Under the pieces are notes generated by a model, which was not told where the DNA came from, searched no databases, and was given only the letters and a program-made list of their open reading frames with translations. Of a DNA stretch of 32,000 nucleotides, positions 20,232 through 29,991 are shown piece after piece. This DNA is from Gammaproteobacteria bacterium. GTDB lineage: Bacteria > Pseudomonadota > Gammaproteobacteria > JBIOEC01. The DNA lies in the NCBI GenBank assembly GCA_965279305.1, contig OZ257143.1, positions 1,710,001 through 1,742,000 on the forward strand. The letters run 5' to 3'. Numbering within the stretch: position 1 is the first letter of the stretch; every line of letters begins with the position of its first letter. A program made the translations under genes and the position numbers.

Positions 20232-21383
20232 TTATTTGATAAGCACATTCAACAAACAAGGAATGTGTTCAACTCTCTCTGATTTAGACAAATGCTTTTT
20301 GTGTGTGCAAAACAATAATGGCAATCCTTTATATAAAGCAGGCAACACATATACCAAAATAACTAACCACGTTAACCAGCCATACCCTTTAGAAATCAAA
20401 TTCACTAAGCCCACTTGAGCCAGCATCATACAGCTTAATAAAATCGTAGTTGCTAACGTAGCTCGCATCCAGCCCGGTAGTTCTTTATTTTTAGTTTTTA
20501 ATTGGCCTGCGATGCTTTCATTCAAGGCATGGATCAAACCAGTAGCTGTTTCTATTAACGTCCCTAGCAGAACGACGGTAAAACCAATTTCCAGCCACGC
20601 TAACTCCATTTTGCCAATTAAATAAAGAGAAGGCACTGTTTCGTTAATAATATGAGGATATTCTCCCACCATCACAATATAAAATAAGAACCCTGGGAAT
20701 ATAGTTACTACACCTGCCATTAATCCTGAAATCACGGCCTGGCGTTGAGATTTTAAATGCACTAAACAAAACAATACCGCTGGAATTAAGCCTAAATTGT
20801 ATCCGGCATATTTAATCCCATTCAGTAACCAGCCTTGGTGATCGGCAAGCACATCATTGTTCCAAGCCACCGTAATTTGATCGCCAAAATATTGAAATCC
20901 AAAAAAGAAGAGCAAACCATAAACAGTGTAAAGAGCTAATGACCAAAATGATAAAAGATACTCAATAGTTCTGCTGCCCTTGTAAACCATAATAGCGACA
21001 TAAGCGATCAGCCCACCTACGCCCCAACCGTAAGCAAATCCAAAAGTAGATTGCAAAACGCTTCCTGCTGTTGCTACCACAATAGCTAAAACCAAAATTA
21101 AGGTTAAACCATAAGAAATATCAAATAACCACCACCAACGACCTAATAATTTTTGAAAAAAATGACGGTAATCATAAGTTTGGAAATGTCTGGCTAAAGA
21201 GAATGTGCATGCACATACAACTGACCAAATGATAGTGGCGAGAATAATGCCCATTAAGCCTGCTTTTGGGCCTAATTGTAAAAAGAATTCAACAAACTCG
21301 CGGCCTGTTCCGTAGCCACCCGCAATAATAATGGATTGGAAAATAAAACCTGGCAACAAATAACAACGCCAAAAATCCAACAT
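20232..21383 (-). CDS. Polytopic membrane protein, YkvI-like (APC-superfamily transporter-like)
   Basis: About 11-12 hydrophobic helices. The N-terminal IAGGYGTGREFVEFF resembles the GAGFASGQE..FF signature I recall for YkvI. The ATG at 21383 has AGGAG upstream; the 15 extra codons in the ORF track are probably not translated. Confidence 0.45.
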   Translation of the reverse strand: MLDFWRCYLLPGFIFQSIIIAGGYGTGREFVEFFLQLGPKAGLMGIILATIIWSVVCACTFSLARHFQTYDYRHFFQKLLGRWWWLFDISYGLTLILVLAIVVATAGSVLQSTFGFAYGWGVGGLIAYVAIMVYKGSRTIEYLLSFWSLALYTVYGLLFFFGFQYFGDQITVAWNNDVLADHQGWLLNGIKYAGYNLGLIPAVLFCLVHLKSQRQAVISGLMAGVVTIFPGFLFYIVMVGEYPHIINETVPSLYLIGKMELAWLEIGFTVVLLGTLIETATGLIHALNESIAGQLKTKNKELPGWMRATLATTILLSCMMLAQVGLVNLISKGYGWLTWLVILVYVLPALYKGLPLLFCTHKKHLSKSERVEHIPCLLNVLIK

Positions 21384-21599
21384 AATACGCTCCTTGTTTT
21401 CTAAATGATTATGATCCCATACAATCATAAATGCAACTCACTACACTACCCCTATCATCTAAAATTTTCTATCAACTAAAACACAGGAAAATATTAATTG
21501 ATAATTGAGGATAATAACTAAATGATAAAATCATTTTTTTACTAAAAAACAATTAAAAAGGGTTCCTTTTTATCAGCCATATCGACGTAAATTTTCAGA

Positions 21600-21628
21600 T
21601 TGATTATAGCACTCATATTATTTATAAA
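21600..21628 (+). promoter_or_regulatory. Candidate sigma70 promoter for the pilin gene (TTGATT-17-TATAAA)
   Basis: The hexamers at 21600..21605 and 21623..21628 have 17-nt spacing, about 36 nt upstream of the ATG at 21665, and the SD AAAGGAGAG lies at 21651..21659. The context is AT-rich, so the chance of a false positive is high. Confidence 0.25.
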
Positions 21629-21664
21629 ATTAAAATAATATTAATTTTTTAAAGGAGAGTTGTC

Positions 21665-22090
21665 ATGTGGTTATTTAGAGGTTTTAGTTTAATGGAATTA
21701 ATGATTGTATTGGGCATTGTTGCCATCCTTACTGCGGTAGGTCTTCCTGCATATCAAACCTATGTCACACGCGCAAAATTTGCTGAAGTATTTAGTTTAA
21801 GTTCACCTGCTCAATTAGCCATCGCCGAATTTCAACAAACCACTGGCGATTGGCCTGTTGATAATCAACAAGCAGGACTTGCGCTACCGGAAGAAATGAA
21901 TGGAAATTATATAGAAAAAATTGCAGTACAACTAAATCAAGTCATCGCTACATTTAATAAAAAAGCAGGTAATGGCGTTGCCGAACAATCCGTTATTTTA
22001 ACTGCAGAATTAGGAAATGCAGGCCAAATACTCTGGGATTGTTACTCACTGACAATCAACCCCTACTTCCTCCCCAGCAATTGCCGCTAA
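21665..22090 (+). CDS. Type IV pilin (PilA/PilE-like major or minor pilin)
   Basis: Prepilin leader MWLFRG followed by FSLMELMIVLGIVAILTAVGLPAYQTY (N-methyl-Phe/Glu5 motif). A C-terminal Cys pair (WDCYS...PSNC) forms the D-region. Confidence 0.85.
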   Translation: MWLFRGFSLMELMIVLGIVAILTAVGLPAYQTYVTRAKFAEVFSLSSPAQLAIAEFQQTTGDWPVDNQQAGLALPEEMNGNYIEKIAVQLNQVIATFNKKAGNGVAEQSVILTAELGNAGQILWDCYSLTINPYFLPSNCR

Positions 22091-22105
22091 CTTAAATATT
22101 GACAT

Positions 22106-22125
22106 GATACTAATAACGATACTAA
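22106..22125. promoter_or_regulatory. Direct repeat GATACTAA-N4-GATACTAA next to TTGACA (22099..22104), immediately upstream of hicA; possible HicB operator
   Basis: Exact 8-mers at 22106..22113 and 22118..22125 (12-nt period) lie between a consensus -35 hexamer and the hicA ATG at 22130. Confidence 0.25.
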
Positions 22126-22129
22126 AATT

Positions 22130-22399
22130 ATGACTAAACAAGCTATTCAACAGCTAATTGAGAGAGCTCAACAAAATCCTAAAGATGTACGATTTGTTGA
22201 GCTCACTAAATTGTGTGAGCATTTTTTTGGTAAAGGACGACAAAGCGGGACAAGCCATTGTATTTATAAAACACCTTGGCGAGGTGATCCTCGAGTAAAT
22301 ATTCAGGAAGGAAAAAATGGTAAAGCTAAATTTTACCAAGTGAAACAAGTGTTAATCGCTATCAAAAAAATAATGGGAATGAATCATGGTAAATCCTGA
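22130..22399 (+). CDS. hicA: HicA-family toxin (mRNA interferase)
   Basis: 89 aa. The pattern NPKDVRFVELTKLCEHFFGKGRQSGTSHCIYK...KAKFYQVKQVL matches the long HicA/YcfA-like layout (the G-[ST]-H motif, then a basic tail). It overlaps the downstream HicB-like gene by 14 nt. Confidence 0.7.
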   Translation: MTKQAIQQLIERAQQNPKDVRFVELTKLCEHFFGKGRQSGTSHCIYKTPWRGDPRVNIQEGKNGKAKFYQVKQVLIAIKKIMGMNHGKS

Positions 22400-22718
22400 A
22401 CATTATACTTACCGAGTACTCTGGTCTGAAGAAGATCAAGAATATGTAGGTCTCTGCGCCGAATTGCCTAGCCTTTCTTATTTAGATGAAGTTCATACAA
22501 AAGCGCTCGAAGGAATCATACAATTAGCCAAAGAAGTTGTTCTTGAACTGATAGAAAATCAGGAAGAGGTACCTCAACCTATTACTGATCAACACTATAG
22601 TGGAAAATTTCAGGTGCGAATTCCACCCGAGCTCCATCGCTTACTGATTATCAAATCAACCGAAGCTGGCATTAGCCTAAACCGATACATCAGCAATAAG
22701 CTGGCTTATAGTATCTAA
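22386..22718 (+). CDS. hicB: HicB-family antitoxin with C-terminal RHH-like DNA-binding tail
   Basis: YTYRVLWSEEDQEYVGLCAELPSLSYLDEVHTKALEG is the HicB N-terminal fold. YSGKFQVRIPPELHRLLIIKSTEAGISLNRYISNKL is the characteristic C-terminal motif. Confidence 0.8.
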   Translation: MVNPEHYTYRVLWSEEDQEYVGLCAELPSLSYLDEVHTKALEGIIQLAKEVVLELIENQEEVPQPITDQHYSGKFQVRIPPELHRLLIIKSTEAGISLNRYISNKLAYSI

Positions 22719-22730
22719 GCCAAAGCGCTA

Positions 22731-22759
22731 TTGACAAGAAGGGTAAAAATGGGCAAAAT
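22731..22759 (+). promoter_or_regulatory. Candidate sigma70 promoter for rpsT (TTGACA-17-CAAAAT)
   Basis: Consensus -35 at 22731..22736 and -10 at 22754..22759, followed by SD TGGAG and the GTG start at 22793. Confidence 0.4.
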
Positions 22760-22792
22760 CACGGGTCTATTTAAATTATTTGGAGTTCTGTA

Positions 22793-23068
22793 GTGGCTAA
22801 TACCATACAAGCACGTAAAAGAGTACGTCAGTCTGAAAAACACCGTCAACACAACGCTAGCGAAAAGTCTGCTATGCGTACTTTTGTGAAAAACGTTCGT
22901 AAAGCCCTAGGTTTAGGTGATGCGGCTGCCGCTAAAGCGGCTTATGCAGAAGCTAGCAGCAAAATGGATAAATTAGCTCGCAAGAACGTTATTCATCCTA
23001 ACGCGGCGGCTCGTTATAAAAGCCGTTTAGCTGCTCATATCAAAGCATTGGTTCAAAAAGCCAAATAA
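22793..23068 (+). CDS. rpsT: 30S ribosomal protein S20
   Basis: MANTIQARKRVRQSEKHRQHNAS...IHPNAAARYKSRL; GTG start. Confidence 0.95.
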   Translation: MANTIQARKRVRQSEKHRQHNASEKSAMRTFVKNVRKALGLGDAAAAKAAYAEASSKMDKLARKNVIHPNAAARYKSRLAAHIKALVQKAK

Positions 23069-23081
23069 ACGATAAGAAAGA

Positions 23082-23103
23082 CCGGAGACCTCTGGGTTTC
23101 CGG
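23082..23103. terminator. Stem-loop between convergent rpsT and obg (probable bidirectional terminator)
   Basis: CCGGAGACC-TCTG-GGTTTCCGG forms a 9-bp stem with one G.U on the plus transcript and one A.C on the minus transcript. On the minus strand it is followed by the T-rich TCTTTCTT. Confidence 0.5.
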
Positions 23104-23106
23104 CTC

Positions 23107-24180
<1,074 letters not shown>

Positions 24181-24187
24181 TTAAAAT

Positions 24188-24209
24188 GAAAAAGCCCCAA
24201 TATGGGGCT
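24188..24209 (-). terminator. Intrinsic terminator/attenuator between rpmA and obg
   Basis: The minus-strand RNA forms AGCCCCA-UAU-UGGGGCU followed by U5. It lies 30 nt after the rpmA stop and about 20 nt before the obg ATG. Confidence 0.6.
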
Positions 24210-24238
24210 CTTCCTTGTCCTATCTCTTAAGAGCTATC

Positions 24239-24505
24239 TTAAGCAGTTGCGTCCGCAACAATATCCACATACTTATGAGAGTTTGCGCCGCGCTGAGTAA
24301 ACTTCACTTTACCCGCGATTTTCGCAAACAAGGTATGATCAGTGCCCATACCTACATTCTTGCCTGCACGGAACTGAGTTCCACGCTGACGTATAATAAT
24401 CATGCCAGGGCCTACATCTTCACCACCAAAACGCTTAACCCCTAATCGTTTGGAATGCGAATCGCGACCGTTACGCGAACTACCGCCCGCCTTCTTATGT
24501 GCCAT
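24239..24505 (-). CDS. rpmA: 50S ribosomal protein L27
   Basis: [28 protein letters not shown]...IIIRQRGT. Confidence 0.95.
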   Translation of the reverse strand: MAHKKAGGSSRNGRDSHSKRLGVKRFGGEDVGPGMIIIRQRGTQFRAGKNVGMGTDHTLFAKIAGKVKFTQRGANSHKYVDIVADATA

Positions 24506-24516
24506 GGTGCTATCCC

Positions 24517-24828
24517 CTATGCTTTAATATTGGTAATTTCCACTTCCGTAAAGTGTTGACGATGGCCATATTGGCGATCGTAATGCTTACGGCGTTTGAA
24601 TTTGATAATCTTAATTTTCTTGTGACGGCCATGGCTAAGCACCTGAGCCGCTACATGAGCCCCTTCTAGTAAAGGAGTTCCGATTGTAATGTTGTCATCC
24701 GCAGCGACCAAAAGAACTTGGTCGAAAAGAATCTCTTTTCCCGCTTCGGCTTCCAATTTTTCTATTTTTAGCTTCTGTCCGGGAGCGACTTTATATTGTT
24801 TTCCGCCCGTTTCGATTACCGCGTACAT
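24517..24828 (-). CDS. rplU: 50S ribosomal protein L21
   Basis: [14 protein letters not shown]... from the ATG at 24828 (103 aa). The 27 upstream codons in the ORF track are leader sequence, not L21. Confidence 0.95.
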   Translation of the reverse strand: MYAVIETGGKQYKVAPGQKLKIEKLEAEAGKEILFDQVLLVAADDNITIGTPLLEGAHVAAQVLSHGRHKKIKIIKFKRRKHYDRQYGHRQHFTEVEITNIKA

Positions 24829-24885
24829 ATGATTAGCCCTTAATTCGTTGTCTGTAATAGAGATATCCCCTCGCAGGGAACGGCA

Positions 24886-24914
24886 ATTGTACTGCAAAAT
24901 ACCAGCCATTGCAA
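24886..24914 (-). promoter_or_regulatory. Candidate sigma70 promoter for rplU-rpmA (TTGCAA-17-TACAAT on the minus strand)
   Basis: On the minus strand, -35 is TTGCAA (24914..24909) and -10 is TACAAT (24891..24886), with an exact 17-nt spacer. The -10 hexamer ends 57 nt upstream of the rplU ATG. Confidence 0.5.
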
Positions 24915-24950
24915 TCCATTGGGGCTTGCTTTTGAAGTGATGTCTAGGGT

Positions 24951-25862
24951 TTATTTTGTCTCTAGCTTCTCTAGGGAGACCAAAGGTATATGGGTGATTT
25001 CGGAAACAAATTGGTAATCAACCCCCCTTTTTAGCATTTCACGAGCTACCGCTTCCATACCTTGCTGAATACCTCGTTCCATACCTTGCTGAATTAAGCT
25101 ACTTTCATAAGCTTCAATACGTTCTGCTAGCATCTGTTTTACCTCCTTTAGGTCTATTTTTTCCATTGGCAAAGCCTTCCCTTTTCCTTTCAATTTTAGC
25201 ACTTGAAAGGCGTATCTCGCAAAAGCCTGCCTCAAGCTACTATGTTCGTCCCCTTTTAATCTGTTTTCCAATCTAGCAATTATAGGCTCTGCTAACTTCC
25301 AGTTAAATTCAGTTTGTTCTAACTCAATCAATAACAATACTAAATTTTCTTCTTGCTTGAACCCTTCCTCCCAAACATGATGTCCTACATCCAAAATGTG
25401 ATATTTAAAATGAGGAAAATAATTCCTCATTTCAGACGAAACTTCCTTTTCTAAAAGCAAATGTGAATGTAAAGGCGCTGACCAGTTAGTCTTACCCGTG
25501 TATATAACCCAAGGTAATACAGGAGGTAATTCCCCACTTTCCGATAGGCCTTTTGATTTAATTAAATCCTCATATAAAAGCCCAATATATGACATTAACC
25601 GCACGCTCATATATCGATCAACATCTGATTGAAACTCTAATAATAGATAAAGATATAACCATTTACCCTTATAGCGCATCCTCCATACAACATCGCTTTC
25701 TCGCCTCCGGTATCGCCCGCTAATAAAATGACCATTAACTTTCTCTAAAGATGTAGGTTCAATCTCCTCAAACCAATCTTCAGTAAAAGGCTGATTAATT
25801 AAATTCTGAACCATCTCTCTGTGAGAAAATATATCCTTGTACCCATAGTCACGTAATCCCAT
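24951..25862 (-). CDS. Rpn family recombination-promoting nuclease / YhgA-like PD-(D/E)XK putative transposase
   Basis: [46 protein letters not shown] matches the D...E-x-Q-S nuclease core of YhgA/Rpn proteins. The helical C-terminal tail contains repeated QQGME units. Confidence 0.8.
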   Translation of the reverse strand: MGLRDYGYKDIFSHREMVQNLINQPFTEDWFEEIEPTSLEKVNGHFISGRYRRRESDVVWRMRYKGKWLYLYLLLEFQSDVDRYMSVRLMSYIGLLYEDLIKSKGLSESGELPPVLPWVIYTGKTNWSAPLHSHLLLEKEVSSEMRNYFPHFKYHILDVGHHVWEEGFKQEENLVLLLIELEQTEFNWKLAEPIIARLENRLKGDEHSSLRQAFARYAFQVLKLKGKGKALPMEKIDLKEVKQMLAERIEAYESSLIQQGMERGIQQGMEAVAREMLKRGVDYQFVSEITHIPLVSLEKLETK

Positions 25863-25993
25863 ATAACACGTCCTTGATTTACTAATATTAGCCTTATCTT
25901 AAACCCGGAAGCCTTGGCCATTCCATAAGCCAAACGCCATTTATTAAAATAATTTCAAGAAAATGATGTTTTTATAAAAAAGAGCTTAGCCAG

Positions 25994-26022
25994 TTGCGTC
26001 TAAGGCCAGCAAACCTCATAAT
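25994..26022 (+). promoter_or_regulatory. Candidate sigma70 promoter for dacA (TTGCGT-17-CATAAT)
   Basis: Hexamers at 25994..25999 and 26017..26022, with SD AAGGGGA upstream of the ATG at 26058. Confidence 0.3.
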
Positions 26023-26057
26023 AAGCACTATACTGGTCATTTTAAGGGGATTTATTC

Positions 26058-27209
26058 ATGTTAATTAGCCGCTCCAAAGCTCTTTTGGTCATTTTTCTGC
26101 CATTGGTAATTAACATGGCTCAAGCGACCGTGCCTGACGCCCCTGCCCTAAGCGCACGATCTTTTGTGATTATGGACTATGCTAGCGGCGAGGTTATTGC
26201 CAGCCACAACCCTCATGAGCAAGTTCCTCCTGCTAGCTTAACCAAACTCATGACCGCTTATATCGTTGAAAAAGAAATTGATTCAGGCAAGCTACAACTA
26301 ACCGATCCGGTAATGATTAGCGAAAATGCGTGGCGCACCGGCGGCTCTCGTATGTTCGTTAATGTGAACACTGAGGTCACGGTAGAAGAGTTATTACGCG
26401 GTATTATTATTCAATCTGGCAACGATGCTAGTACTGCCATGGCTGAAAAAATTGCCGGCAGCGAAGACAGCTTTGCTGGCATGATGAACCAAACAGCCGA
26501 AAGCCTTGGTATGAAAGACACTCATTTTATGAATGCCACAGGATTACCTAACGACGAACAATATTCATCCGCTTATGATATGGCGTTATTAGCGCGCGCC
26601 ATTATTCAAGAATCTGAAACCACTTACTATCCTATGTATAGCGAAAAATATTTTGTTTATAACGACATTCGTCAGCCTAATCGAAATCGCTTATTATGGT
26701 GGGATTCTGATGTAGACGGTTTAAAAACCGGATACACAGAAGATGCGGGTTATTGTTTAGTGGCTTCTTCTGAAAAAAATGGTATGCGATTAATCACCGT
26801 AGTCATGGGTGCTAAAACTGAAAAAATTCGTACCGAAGAAAGCAAACAATTACTCACCTATGGTTTTCGTTTTTATGAAAGCAAAGAACTCTATGCGGCC
26901 AACACAGAACTACTTTCTGAACCCGTATGGAAAGGCGAACAAGACACGGTAGCTATTGGTGTTTCTGAACCTTTACGTTTAGTAGTGCCACGCGATGGTA
27001 GTGAAAACAATTTAGAAACTTTAGTTTCTGTTAGCAGCATGATTGAAGCACCGATTGCACAAGGACAAGAGCTAGGAACCGTTCAAGTAATTTCAGGTGA
27101 TAAAGTATTAGCCGAGCGCCCCTTGATTGCATTAAACGCAGTAGAAAAAGGCGGTTTCTTCACTCAATTATGGGATAGCATTAAATTATTTTTCAGCCAA
27201 TGGTTCTAG
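26058..27209 (+). CDS. dacA: D-alanyl-D-alanine carboxypeptidase (PBP5/6 class)
   Basis: Signal peptide; SxxK (PASLTKLMT), SGN (IQSGNDAS) and KTG (LKTGYT); C-terminal amphipathic anchor. Confidence 0.9.
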   Translation: MLISRSKALLVIFLPLVINMAQATVPDAPALSARSFVIMDYASGEVIASHNPHEQVPPASLTKLMTAYIVEKEIDSGKLQLTDPVMISENAWRTGGSRMFVNVNTEVTVEELLRGIIIQSGNDASTAMAEKIAGSEDSFAGMMNQTAESLGMKDTHFMNATGLPNDEQYSSAYDMALLARAIIQESETTYYPMYSEKYFVYNDIRQPNRNRLLWWDSDVDGLKTGYTEDAGYCLVASSEKNGMRLITVVMGAKTEKIRTEESKQLLTYGFRFYESKELYAANTELLSEPVWKGEQDTVAIGVSEPLRLVVPRDGSENNLETLVSVSSMIEAPIAQGQELGTVQVISGDKVLAERPLIALNAVEKGGFFTQLWDSIKLFFSQWF

Positions 27210-27218
27210 AAGTTAAAT

Positions 27219-27872
27219 ATGTCTGATCTCTACATACGTCATTTAGGTAAACAAACATACGAACCCGTATGGAACGCTATGCGTTCGTTTACCGATCAAC
27301 GTAATGAAAACAGTGCAGATGAACTTTGGATAGTAGAACACTCGCCCGTATTTACACAAGGCCAAGCAGGAAAACCAGAGCATATTTTAAATGCACATGA
27401 TATTCCCGTTATTAAAAGTGATCGCGGAGGACAAGTGACTTATCACGGGCCTGGCCAAATCGTTATTTATTTATTGCTAGATTTACGCCGCCGTGAACAA
27501 GGCATTCGCCATTTAGTATGCGATTTAGAAAAAGCGATTATTAATGTATTAACCGAATATCATATTAAAGGTGAGCATCAAGAAGGTGCGCCGGGTGTTT
27601 ATGTAGAGGGAAAAAAAATCGCTTCTATAGGCCTTAGAGTACGAAAAGGCTGCACTTATCATGGTTTAAGTTTTAACTTTAATATGGATCTCAGTCCTTT
27701 TACTTATATTAATCCTTGTGGTTATCAACATTTAGAAATAACACAATTATCTCATCTAGTAAAAGATGTAGACCAAACGTCTATTGAAAACAAATTAATC
27801 GACCATTTAGCCACACAATTAAAATATAACATTGCTATAAAACCCAGCCGAGGTTTATATGAAGCTGCGTGA
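27219..27872 (+). CDS. lipB: Octanoyltransferase (lipoyl(octanoyl) transferase)
   Basis: [46 protein letters not shown]. Confidence 0.9.
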   Translation: MSDLYIRHLGKQTYEPVWNAMRSFTDQRNENSADELWIVEHSPVFTQGQAGKPEHILNAHDIPVIKSDRGGQVTYHGPGQIVIYLLLDLRRREQGIRHLVCDLEKAIINVLTEYHIKGEHQEGAPGVYVEGKKIASIGLRVRKGCTYHGLSFNFNMDLSPFTYINPCGYQHLEITQLSHLVKDVDQTSIENKLIDHLATQLKYNIAIKPSRGLYEAA

Positions 27873-28848
27873 TATTCCAGTAGTGATTGAAAGCGGACAA
27901 AAATTTGTAACCGAACACGGTGTTACCGCTATTAAAAACGGCATGAAGCGCAAAACAGATGCGCCTGAAGAAGCGCCTCTTTTACGCAAACCTTCTTGGT
28001 TAAAAGTAAAAGCGCCTGGCAGCAAAAAATATCAATCACTTAAAACATTAGTCAGAGAAAAAAAACTCAGCACCGTTTGTGAAGAAGCCATGTGCCCAAA
28101 TATTGGCGAATGTTGGGAAGCCGGCACCGCTACTATTATGTTAATGGGTGCTGTGTGTACTCGCGCTTGTAAATTTTGTGCAGTCGATACCGGAAATCCT
28201 AAAGGCTGGCTTGATGAAAAAGAACCCGAATCGACGGGATATGCCGTAAAAACCATGGGATTAAATTATGTGGTGCTCACTTCAGTAAATCGCGATGATT
28301 TACCCGATGGTGGCGCACAACATTATGCCGATTGTGTTAAAGCCGTAAAACTGGCAAGCCCTCAAACCGATGTAGAAGTATTAACACCTGATTTTAATGG
28401 TAATGAAAACGCCATTGATACCGTATTAAATTCAGGCATTACTGTGTTTGCACAAAACGTAGAAACCGTAAAGCGATTAACGCACCCTGTGCGTGATCCA
28501 CGCGCTGGTTACGAACAAACACTACAAGTATTAGCGTATGCTAAAAAATCTCGCCCCGATATTTTAACCAAAACCAGTATTATTTTAGGCTTGGGCGAAA
28601 CCGAAGAAGAAATCGCAGAAACCATGGACGATTTACGCAAAGCGAATGTGGATATTGTTACTCTAGGCCAATACTTGCGCCCTACGCTTAATCACCTGCC
28701 TGTAGCTCGTTATGTAACCCCTGAAGAATTTCAGCGCTACCGCGAATGGGGATTAGCAAAAGGCTTTTTAGAATGCGTATCCGGCGCGATGGTACGTTCC
28801 AGTTATCGCGCCGAGCAAGTCCTTCAAAAAAATAATGTAGGATTATAG
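27859..28848 (+). CDS. lipA: Lipoyl synthase (radical SAM)
   Basis: Auxiliary cluster [12 protein letters not shown] and radical-SAM CTRACKFC; C-terminal SSYRAEQ. It overlaps lipB by 14 nt. Confidence 0.95.
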   Translation: MKLRDIPVVIESGQKFVTEHGVTAIKNGMKRKTDAPEEAPLLRKPSWLKVKAPGSKKYQSLKTLVREKKLSTVCEEAMCPNIGECWEAGTATIMLMGAVCTRACKFCAVDTGNPKGWLDEKEPESTGYAVKTMGLNYVVLTSVNRDDLPDGGAQHYADCVKAVKLASPQTDVEVLTPDFNGNENAIDTVLNSGITVFAQNVETVKRLTHPVRDPRAGYEQTLQVLAYAKKSRPDILTKTSIILGLGETEEEIAETMDDLRKANVDIVTLGQYLRPTLNHLPVARYVTPEEFQRYREWGLAKGFLECVSGAMVRSSYRAEQVLQKNNVGL

Positions 28849-28851
28849 TTT

Positions 28852-29991
28852 TTATAAATCAGGATGATTGTATCTCGCTACTGGTACCGGAGCTTTATTT
28901 ACATCTGAATTAGGCTTAAAATTCAGCTCTAAAATTTCTCCCACAATAGTATCACCCCTTCTTCTAAAACCAACATTATATGAAAGGTGCATCTCTTTTA
29001 ACGAAACACCATGTTGATTCGCTAAACCCTGTTTTGATGCTTCTTGATCAAGAGCAGGAAAACTCATGTTTATTCGGTCTCCATCGGCTAGTGTCATTCC
29101 AGTAAGAGAGAGGTGTTCAAACCTAGGCAATCTAAATAAAAACTGATCCTGATCGTTTATTAAATATTCGATAGTGCCAATTTTAGAGGCAAGATAACTA
29201 AAACTGTTGCAAGTATTTTGCCAATTTTTTAGACCCGCGAATATATCCTGCTTTTCCATAATCTGTTCATTTAAAGTTTCCCATTCATTTACTAACCTTT
29301 TCGTTTCTGGATCACGCAATACATTATCATGCTCTCTTGCATAAAAATTAGCCCAGTCTTGCTCTCTTACTCTTTTATTTGCTTGAAACAAAGCATTCTG
29401 ACCAATAGTCATGGCCGAATTCAAACCACCACCGGGAGTAAACGGTACCGAATAACTTCTTTCAGACTCTCTCAAATGATCTTCATATTTTCTTTTAAAT
29501 GCATCAAGTGTGGCTTGTATAGGTTGAAGTTTTCTCTCAACTGCTTGTAATTTTGTTTTTAATTGTGCAATCTCATTGTTCAAGTTATTATTTAAACCTA
29601 GATCCTGAGCCAAAACCGTATACGCTTGCACCATAGGTAAACTGCGCACGGCCTCACCTAACACAGCAATAGTCAAACCCATTTCTCTGCTTGCCTGATG
29701 GCGCTGATGATAAGCCAATCCCGCAATAGCCGGTAAAAAAGTAGAGGCATAAACAACAGTTGTTCCAATCACTTTTCCTACTTCAGCCACAGCATTTCCC
29801 AGCTCGCTCAGCGAGGTTTCATTAACATCATTCTCATTACCTGTAGTATGCTCGCGAGTTGCTAGGTAAAGCGCATAGGCCGCTCCTAGAGCCATTACCG
29901 ATAAACGTAAAACAGGACTTAAAAATGATGAACCCCGAGAATTACTCTGGGTTGGAAGTGCAGTAACAGGTGTTTTTTCAGCATTTGGCAT
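28852..29991 (-). CDS. Hypothetical protein: polar N-terminus, two hydrophobic segments, coiled coil, unrecognised C-terminal domain
   Basis: The ATG at 29991 has GAGGA 7 nt upstream. Hydrophobic stretches lie at about aa 23-44 and 74-94. A heptad-like region runs NNEIAQLKTKLQAVERKLQPIQATLDAFKRKYEDHL. I recognise no motif in the last 200 aa or so. Confidence 0.6.
   Translation of the reverse strand: MPNAEKTPVTALPTQSNSRGSSFLSPVLRLSVMALGAAYALYLATREHTTGNENDVNETSLSELGNAVAEVGKVIGTTVVYASTFLPAIAGLAYHQRHQASREMGLTIAVLGEAVRSLPMVQAYTVLAQDLGLNNNLNNEIAQLKTKLQAVERKLQPIQATLDAFKRKYEDHLRESERSYSVPFTPGGGLNSAMTIGQNALFQANKRVREQDWANFYAREHDNVLRDPETKRLVNEWETLNEQIMEKQDIFAGLKNWQNTCNSFSYLASKIGTIEYLINDQDQFLFRLPRFEHLSLTGMTLADGDRINMSFPALDQEASKQGLANQHGVSLKEMHLSYNVGFRRRGDTIVGEILELNFKPNSDVNKAPVPVARYNHPDL

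Noticed and set aside
21555-21571. AAAAAGG-GTT-CCTTTTT hairpin in the pilin upstream spacer, as a terminator
   Set aside because: No gene reads into it on either strand, since the flanking genes diverge. The stem is AT-rich and short, so it is probably fortuitous.
21429-21664. Sigma54 (GG-N10-GC) promoter upstream of the pilin gene, as found for many pilA genes
   Set aside because: I found no TGGCAC/TTGC-type element in the 236-nt spacer; only a weak sigma70-like match is present.
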